Position numbers and translations under genes: made by a program. From a bacterium (GTDB taxonomy: Bacteria; Patescibacteriota; Minisyncoccia; Phycocordibacterales; VMGT01), in assembly GCA_030697645.1 (NCBI GenBank), contig JAUYPI010000003.1, forward strand, positions 318 through 64,317: a stretch of DNA of 64,000 nt, in the 5' to 3' direction. Position 1 is the stretch's first letter; each line of letters opens with the position of its first letter. Below, in pieces: positions 58,617 to 64,000 of this stretch. The notes beneath the pieces are model-generated. The model was given only the letters and a program-made list of their open reading frames with translations, was not told where the DNA came from and did no database searches.

Positions 58617-58752
58617 GTGTTATAAATTCCGGTTTCCTCCCCCGCTTTTCTAGAACTAAAAATCGTGCTAGATTCGCTCAGAGAGGAGGCACTAAACCTT
58701 TGTGCTTCGTTGTTTGATAATCTGCAGCTAACAAATAAGGAGGTAGGCTGCT

Positions 58753-61700
58753 ATGATGGTACGACTCTACCGTCATGTCATCGGAGAGTGTCCCGCTTTT
58801 GAGGATTGTTTTTACATCGACTTCCTCTCGGCTCCTAATACGCAACAGACCGCGCTCATGAGATGGCTCCTCACCGAGCCACTCACCACAGTCTCCGAGG
58901 AGTCTTGCTTCGGTGATCTTGATGTCGTCGAGATCGGTCCGCGGCTCTCTGCCGAGACACCGTTCTCTTCAAACGCGGTTGCAATCTGTGTCTCAATGGG
59001 GCTTTCCGTGCGGCGAATCGAGCGGTCGGTTCGTTATTGTTACGGCGATGGCCTGGGCATATCGCGAACGCCAAATCGGGACGAGGTGCTGCAGCAACAC
59101 CTTGATCGCATGAGAGAGACGGTCTATCCGTCGACACTCACGACGTTTGACTCATGTCTCAAACCGGAGCCGGTGAGCTTCGTTCAGCTGCTTGAAGGCG
59201 AGGATGCCTTGCGAGACGCGAACAAAAAGCTCGGCCTCGGCATGGATGACTGGGATATCGTCTACTACAGAAAGCTGTTCCAGCGCCTCGGACGCAATCC
59301 GACCGACGTTGAGCTGTTCCAGATCGGCAATGCAAACTCCGAACATAGCAGGCACTGGTTCTTCCGTGGTATCCAGGCGATCGACGGCAAGGAAATGCCG
59401 GAGAGCCTCATGGATGTCGTGCGGGAGCCGTGGCAGCGCAGTGCAGGAAATAGCATCACCGCGTTCAAGGACAACGCCGGCGTGATACGGGGTGTCGAAG
59501 TTTTAGCGTTTGCTCCTACCAAACAGGGGCAACCGTCCCCGTTTGGGACCGTCGAGGTGCTCCAGCATATCACAGCGACGGCGGAGACACACAACCATCC
59601 GACGCTCATCGCGCCATTCCCTGGTGCCGAGACCGGTACCGGCGGGCGGATCCGCGACAATCGGGCGGTGGGTCGAGGCGGTCTTGTTCACGCGGGGCTT
59701 GCGGGCTACTCTGTGGGTAATCTGCATATCCCCGGATTCGAGATCCCGGGGGAGGCGGCACGCGGCGAAGACAGTCGCTCTGCGGCGACCCCGCTTGAGA
59801 TCCTCATTCGGGGTAGCGACGGCATCTCTGACTACGGTAATAAAATCGGTGAGCCACTCATCGGAGGGTTTACGCGATCGTTCGGCCAGATGTTCAATCG
59901 TGAACGTCGCGAATTCAGAAAACCGGTTCTCTACAGTGCCGGTTTCGGACGCATCAGAGATATGCACGTCGCCAAGCAGCAGCCGGAGAGGGGTATGCTT
60001 ATCGTGCGCATCGGTGGCCCAGCATACCGGATCGGTGTTGGGGGCGGCAGTGCCTCAAGCATGATCCACGGACATCAAGATGAGGAGCTCGACTTCAAGT
60101 CGGTACAGCGCGGTAATGCCGAAATGGAAAACAGGGCCAATCGGGTCATCCAAGCGTGCGCCGAAATGGGCACGGTCAATCCGATTGAGAGCATCCACGA
60201 CCAAGGAGCCGGTGGCCCCAGCAATGTCCTCACGGAGTTGATGGAACCGGCTGGCGGCACGGTCGACATCCGCAAGATCATCGTGGGCGACACAACCATG
60301 TCCGTTCTCGAGATTTGGGTTGCTGAATATCAAGAGGGGTACGGCTTACTCGTGCGACCGGAGAATATCGAGGTGTTCCAGTCGATCTGTACGCGCGAGC
60401 GCGTGAACTGCGAAGTGTTGGGCCTTATCACCGGCGACGGCACTGTTGTCGTCGAGGATTCCGCCGATGGCACGACGCCGGTTAATCTCTCCCTCAAAGA
60501 AATCCTGGGGGAGTTGCCCCGGAAGCGGTTTGAATCGAATCGCCCGCATGTGGCATTGCAGTCACTCGTGATCCCGGAAGGGCTCACGGTGGACGAAGCT
60601 CTGCGGCTGGTGTTTTTGCTTCCTCACGTCGGTTCCAAGGGCTTCTTGGTTCGGAAAGTGGATCGCTCGGTCACGGGCTTGGTGGCGAGGCAGCAGTGCT
60701 GTGGGCCGACCCAAGTGCCGGTCGCTGACGCGGCAGTTACCGCTGATGGCTATTTTGGTTTCACCGGAGCGGCATCCGCCCTCGGCGAGGCGCCGATCAA
60801 GATGCTCATTGATCCGAAGAAAGGCGCTCGCATGGCGGTCGCAGAAATGCTCACCAACCTCGCAAGTGTCCGCATCACCACACTCTCGGACGTGAAGTGC
60901 CGCGCCAACTGGATGTGGGCGGCAAAGCAACCGGGGGAAGGCGCGCTGCTCTATGAAGCCGCCGTCGCAATGCGAGACTTCATGGTTCGACTCGGTATCG
61001 CTAGCGACGGAGGCAAGGATAGTCTTTCTATGGAGACGGTAGTCGGGAAAAGTCTCGTGATTTCGCCTGGTGAGTTGGTCGTCATGGGCTACGCACCGGT
61101 ACCAGACGTGAGAAAGGTGGTCACTCCCGATTTTAAGGGAAGTGGCTGTCTTGGCTACGTCAACCTCTCTGGCTCGTACTCGCGGCTCGGTGGTTCTGCG
61201 CTCGCCGAGGTGCTCGGGCAGGTGGGAGACGAGACTCCGGACGTCGACGCATCGTATCTCGCAGCTGCTTTCGCGGCTGTGCAGGAGCTGATCGAGAAAG
61301 GTCTGATTACCGCGTACCACGATGTGAGTGACGGCGGACTCATCACTGCCGTTACGGAAATGTGCATGGCGGGCAACCGCGGCGCGCGTCTTCAGTGCAA
61401 GGAGGGCATAGATCCCCTTTCAGTGCTTTTTTGCGAAGAGGCGGGTATGCTGTTTGAGTTCGAAGCGAAGTCAGAGGGAGCAATCACGCGCGTGACGCAT
61501 ACTCATGGCGTGCATTATGATCAAATTGGGACAGTCGGTTCCAGCCCTGGAGGCAGCCTGCACATCGAGAGAGGTCGAACCACATTGCTTGATCGCAGTG
61601 TGGTGGACCTCAGAAAGTGGTGGGAAGCGACGAGCACTGCGCTCGAGAAGCTCCAGGCCAATCGAGAAACGGTAGAAGCCGAGAGCAGAAGTCATGGAGA

Positions 61701-62565
61701 GGTGAGGACTGTCGAATATCACCTCTCCTTCATACCGAAAGCCCGGAGCGTGCGCACGACGCACCGCCCAAAGGTTGCGATTTTGCGTGAGGAAGGAACC
61801 AATGGCGATCGGGAGATGGCCGCGGCCTGTTTCACCGTCGGCTTCGAGCCGTGGGACATCACGATGAGCGATCTCTTCGACGGAAGGGTAACGACGCTCG
61901 ACACTATGCGCGGCGTTATTTTCCCCGGCGGGTTTTCGTTCGCAGATGTTTTCGGAAGCGCGAAGGGCTGGGCTGGCCCAATCCGATTCAATCCAAGCGT
62001 GAGCGAAATCTTTGACCGGTTCTATGACCGGCCGGATACCTTCTCGCTCGGCGTCTGCAATGGCTGCCAGTTAATGGCGAACATTGGCTGGTTGCCATGG
62101 AAAGGCATTTCGGAGGACGCACAGCCTCGATTCGTTCACAATACATCAGGGCGTTTCGAGTCTCGGTGGGCGGCGGTGAAGGTGTTGCCGAGCCCGTCGA
62201 TTTTGATGCGTGGCATGGAAGATTCGGTGCTCGGCATTCATGTCGCACACGGCGAAGGGCGGATGTTATTTCCGGATCCGCGCATCATGGGGGAAATCCG
62301 AGAGCGGCAACTTGTCCCGCTTGTCTATGTCGATGTAGAAGGCAAAGCCACCGAAGAGTATCCATACGATCCAAACGGATCGCCCTTAGGATGGACGGCT
62401 CTCTCGTCGCCGGACGGCAGGCATCTTGCGATGATGCCGCACCCAGAGCGCAGCTTCCTAACGTGGCAATGGCCGTGGATGCCGGAGAAGTGGCGTACCA
62501 CGCTCAAGGCCTCGCCGTGGCTCGAGATGTTCCAGAACGCCTGCGACTGGTGCTCTAAGGGCTAG
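58753..62565 (+). CDS. purL: Phosphoribosylformylglycinamidine synthase, large single-chain type
   Basis: NSEHSRHWFF, ETHNHPT, HDQGAGG, GGKDSLSM, HDVSDGG, GVCNGCQL, HGEGR, MMPHPER; AAGGAGGT SD. Confidence 0.97.
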   Translation: MMVRLYRHVIGECPAFEDCFYIDFLSAPNTQQTALMRWLLTEPLTTVSEESCFGDLDVVEIGPRLSAETPFSSNAVAICVSMGLSVRRIERSVRYCYGDGLGISRTPNRDEVLQQHLDRMRETVYPSTLTTFDSCLKPEPVSFVQLLEGEDALRDANKKLGLGMDDWDIVYYRKLFQRLGRNPTDVELFQIGNANSEHSRHWFFRGIQAIDGKEMPESLMDVVREPWQRSAGNSITAFKDNAGVIRGVEVLAFAPTKQGQPSPFGTVEVLQHITATAETHNHPTLIAPFPGAETGTGGRIRDNRAVGRGGLVHAGLAGYSVGNLHIPGFEIPGEAARGEDSRSAATPLEILIRGSDGISDYGNKIGEPLIGGFTRSFGQMFNRERREFRKPVLYSAGFGRIRDMHVAKQQPERGMLIVRIGGPAYRIGVGGGSASSMIHGHQDEELDFKSVQRGNAEMENRANRVIQACAEMGTVNPIESIHDQGAGGPSNVLTELMEPAGGTVDIRKIIVGDTTMSVLEIWVAEYQEGYGLLVRPENIEVFQSICTRERVNCEVLGLITGDGTVVVEDSADGTTPVNLSLKEILGELPRKRFESNRPHVALQSLVIPEGLTVDEALRLVFLLPHVGSKGFLVRKVDRSVTGLVARQQCCGPTQVPVADAAVTADGYFGFTGAASALGEAPIKMLIDPKKGARMAVAEMLTNLASVRITTLSDVKCRANWMWAAKQPGEGALLYEAAVAMRDFMVRLGIASDGGKDSLSMETVVGKSLVISPGELVVMGYAPVPDVRKVVTPDFKGSGCLGYVNLSGSYSRLGGSALAEVLGQVGDETPDVDASYLAAAFAAVQELIEKGLITAYHDVSDGGLITAVTEMCMAGNRGARLQCKEGIDPLSVLFCEEAGMLFEFEAKSEGAITRVTHTHGVHYDQIGTVGSSPGGSLHIERGRTTLLDRSVVDLRKWWEATSTALEKLQANRETVEAESRSHGEVRTVEYHLSFIPKARSVRTTHRPKVAILREEGTNGDREMAAACFTVGFEPWDITMSDLFDGRVTTLDTMRGVIFPGGFSFADVFGSAKGWAGPIRFNPSVSEIFDRFYDRPDTFSLGVCNGCQLMANIGWLPWKGISEDAQPRFVHNTSGRFESRWAAVKVLPSPSILMRGMEDSVLGIHVAHGEGRMLFPDPRIMGEIRERQLVPLVYVDVEGKATEEYPYDPNGSPLGWTALSSPDGRHLAMMPHPERSFLTWQWPWMPEKWRTTLKASPWLEMFQNACDWCSKG

Positions 62566-62745
62566 CTCTACTCGCGTGTCTATCCTTCGCACCCCCGGCT
62601 ACGAGTACAGTCGGGGGTGCTCTCTGTAATCACAGGAAGGTGGAACGCGCGTAGGGCCTTTTCATTTGACGTATTTTTGGTAGAGTAGAGTGAGTCGAAG
62701 TAGATATTGTGAAGATGCCCCAGACGCAGAGTGGTGGGCAACATT

Positions 62746-62779
62746 GCCGAAGTAACTCAGTTGGTAGAGCAATGCTTTC
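62746..62779 (+). pseudogene. 5' half of a tRNA (duplicate of the downstream tRNA-Thr start)
   Basis: GCCGAAGTAACTCAGTTGGTAGAGCA versus GCCGGAGTAACTCAGTTGGTAGAGTA at 63280; breaks off near the anticodon loop. Confidence 0.75.
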
Positions 62780-62834
62780 AATAAACAACCACTTCTAATA
62801 TTGACACTGGTCGTAAGTCCTATATACTGGATTT

Positions 62835-63272
62835 ATGCCAATGTCTAAAAAACATAGAACGAGTTGTCTTGACTGCGGTAAAGAAACAGCTCGTGCAGGA
62901 TATAAATACTGCAGCAATGCCTGCCAAATTGAATATCAACATAAAGCTTGTATCAAAAAATGGAAAGACGGAGAAGAGAGTGGGTTACAAGGTCTCGGTA
63001 TCGTTTCAGGGTATATTAAAAGATATTTGCGGAGAAAGTTTGGAAATAGGTGTTGCTTATGCGGATGGGCAGAGATTAATCCTAAAACCAAGCAGGTTCC
63101 CCTAGTTGCTGACCACATTGACGGTAATTGGCGTAATAATATTGAAAGTAATCTTCGCCTACTTTGCCCCAATTGTGATTCGCTGACTCCTACATATGCA
63201 GGATTAAATAGGGGGAACGGCAGGAAAGGTCGAGCACTGAGCAAAAGAGCGAAAGAAGGTCGTTGTTGTTAG
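62835..63272 (+). CDS. HNH endonuclease with N-terminal Zn-ribbon
   Basis: CLDCG...YCSNAC; CCLCGW; DHIDGN..NN...NLRLLCPNCDS; TTGACA(62801)-N16-TATACT 6 nt before the ATG (leaderless); AT-rich. Confidence 0.9.
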   Translation: MPMSKKHRTSCLDCGKETARAGYKYCSNACQIEYQHKACIKKWKDGEESGLQGLGIVSGYIKRYLRRKFGNRCCLCGWAEINPKTKQVPLVADHIDGNWRNNIESNLRLLCPNCDSLTPTYAGLNRGNGRKGRALSKRAKEGRCC

Positions 63273-63279
63273 CGAATAA

Positions 63280-63355
63280 GCCGGAGTAACTCAGTTGGTA
63301 GAGTAGCTGCTTCGTAAGCAGCAAGTCGGGAGTTCGAGCCTCCCCTCCGGCTCCA
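63280..63355 (+). tRNA. tRNA-Thr (CGT)
   Basis: GCCGGAG/CTCCGGC acceptor stem, GCTGC-TTCGTAA-GCAGC anticodon arm, CCA end. Confidence 0.95.
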
Positions 63356-63519
63356 CAATTAGACCTGTCCGTTTTTGACCAACGAATCAATGGGCGGCAC
63401 GAAGTGCCGCCCATTGATTGATAACATACCCTGGGGCTCTGCCCCAGGGTACTCGATTTGCTTCATAAATTCAAAGAACAAAGAATGTGCCGCCCCGTGG
63501 ACCCGTGGTGCGGGGCGTT

Positions 63520-64000
63520 CTACCGCGTATCCTTGAGCGAGAGGGCAAGCGGCACGCCGAGGAGCATGAGGAGGCCGAGAGCGACAAATATGAAGCGGAG
63601 GTCAAGTGCGGCGAGAAAAATCGTGGCGAATGCGGGGCCGACAAGGTAGCCGAGAGGTACCGTGCCTCGATAGAGCGAGATCAGATGCACGTCAGTCTCA
63701 TTGATATGCTTGAAGAAGTAGGACTCATTCATGATCTCAACTGCGGCAGCGCCGACGCGGGTGAGGCAGAGCAGAACGCCCCAGATCAGCACACCGCCTC
63801 CAGTGATAAACGAGAGCATCGCGGTTCCAAGCCCCATCACGCCGAACCCAACGGCAAGTATCTCTTTCTCACCAAGTAATCGGTCCGCGAGGCGGCCGAG
63901 AGGATACTGAAGCAAGATGAACGGCACGAGCATCACGGTAAAGAGAATGCCGATCGTGCTCCAGCTGAAGCCGATATATTTGTGAAGGTAGATCGGGGCG
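63520..64000 (-). CDS. MFS transporter (5' part outside the window)
   Basis: PLGRLADRLLGEKE MFS motif A-like; multiple TM helices. Confidence 0.85.
   Translation of the reverse strand, partial: APIYLHKYIGFSWSTIGILFTVMLVPFILLQYPLGRLADRLLGEKEILAVGFGVMGLGTAMLSFITGGGVLIWGVLLCLTRVGAAAVEIMNESYFFKHINETDVHLISLYRGTVPLGYLVGPAFATIFLAALDLRFIFVALGLLMLLGVPLALSLKDTR

Overview
A 64-kb window from a Patescibacteria (CPR, Parcubacteria-like) genome. That assignment is inferred from the gene content: no rpmD/L30 between rpsE and rplO, a short ValS, a 23S-5S locus with no adjacent 16S, and typical CPR cohesin/dockerin and FxLYD proteins. From left to right it holds: a low-GC end (uppS, tRNA-Phe, and a large serine recombinase bracketed by 150-bp inverted repeats attached to two different tRNAs); a plant-type ALDH12; a Hint-domain surface protein; rnj, secG and a cohesin/dockerin plus PAS two-component island; valS; a 15-gene ribosomal-protein cluster (rpsS to rplO); a ~7.5-kb 23S rRNA gene and the 5S gene; purD, rodA, sugar transferases, thyA-folA, glyA, folD, secD, a pilin, ftsH, rpmG, tRNAs and a large PurL; and an HNH gene between a tRNA 5' half and an intact tRNA-Thr. 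The most striking structures are non-coding. (1) The 23S gene carries five group I introns, eight octamer-repeat hairpins and three large stem-bounded inserts. Two of these inserts each hold an antisense transcription unit (sigma70 promoter, SD, small membrane-protein ORF, hairpin). The third is a ~540-nt structured RNA containing a second copy of the L1 stalk (H76-H78). (2) Hairpins built from 7-nt (or 8-nt) periodic repeats of many different sequences occupy 12 of 14 junctions in the r-protein cluster, sit inside rRNA and introns, share GC clamps, and occur in frame inside proteins. All coordinates, pairings and E. coli-equivalent positions were read by eye; no computation or database search was run.
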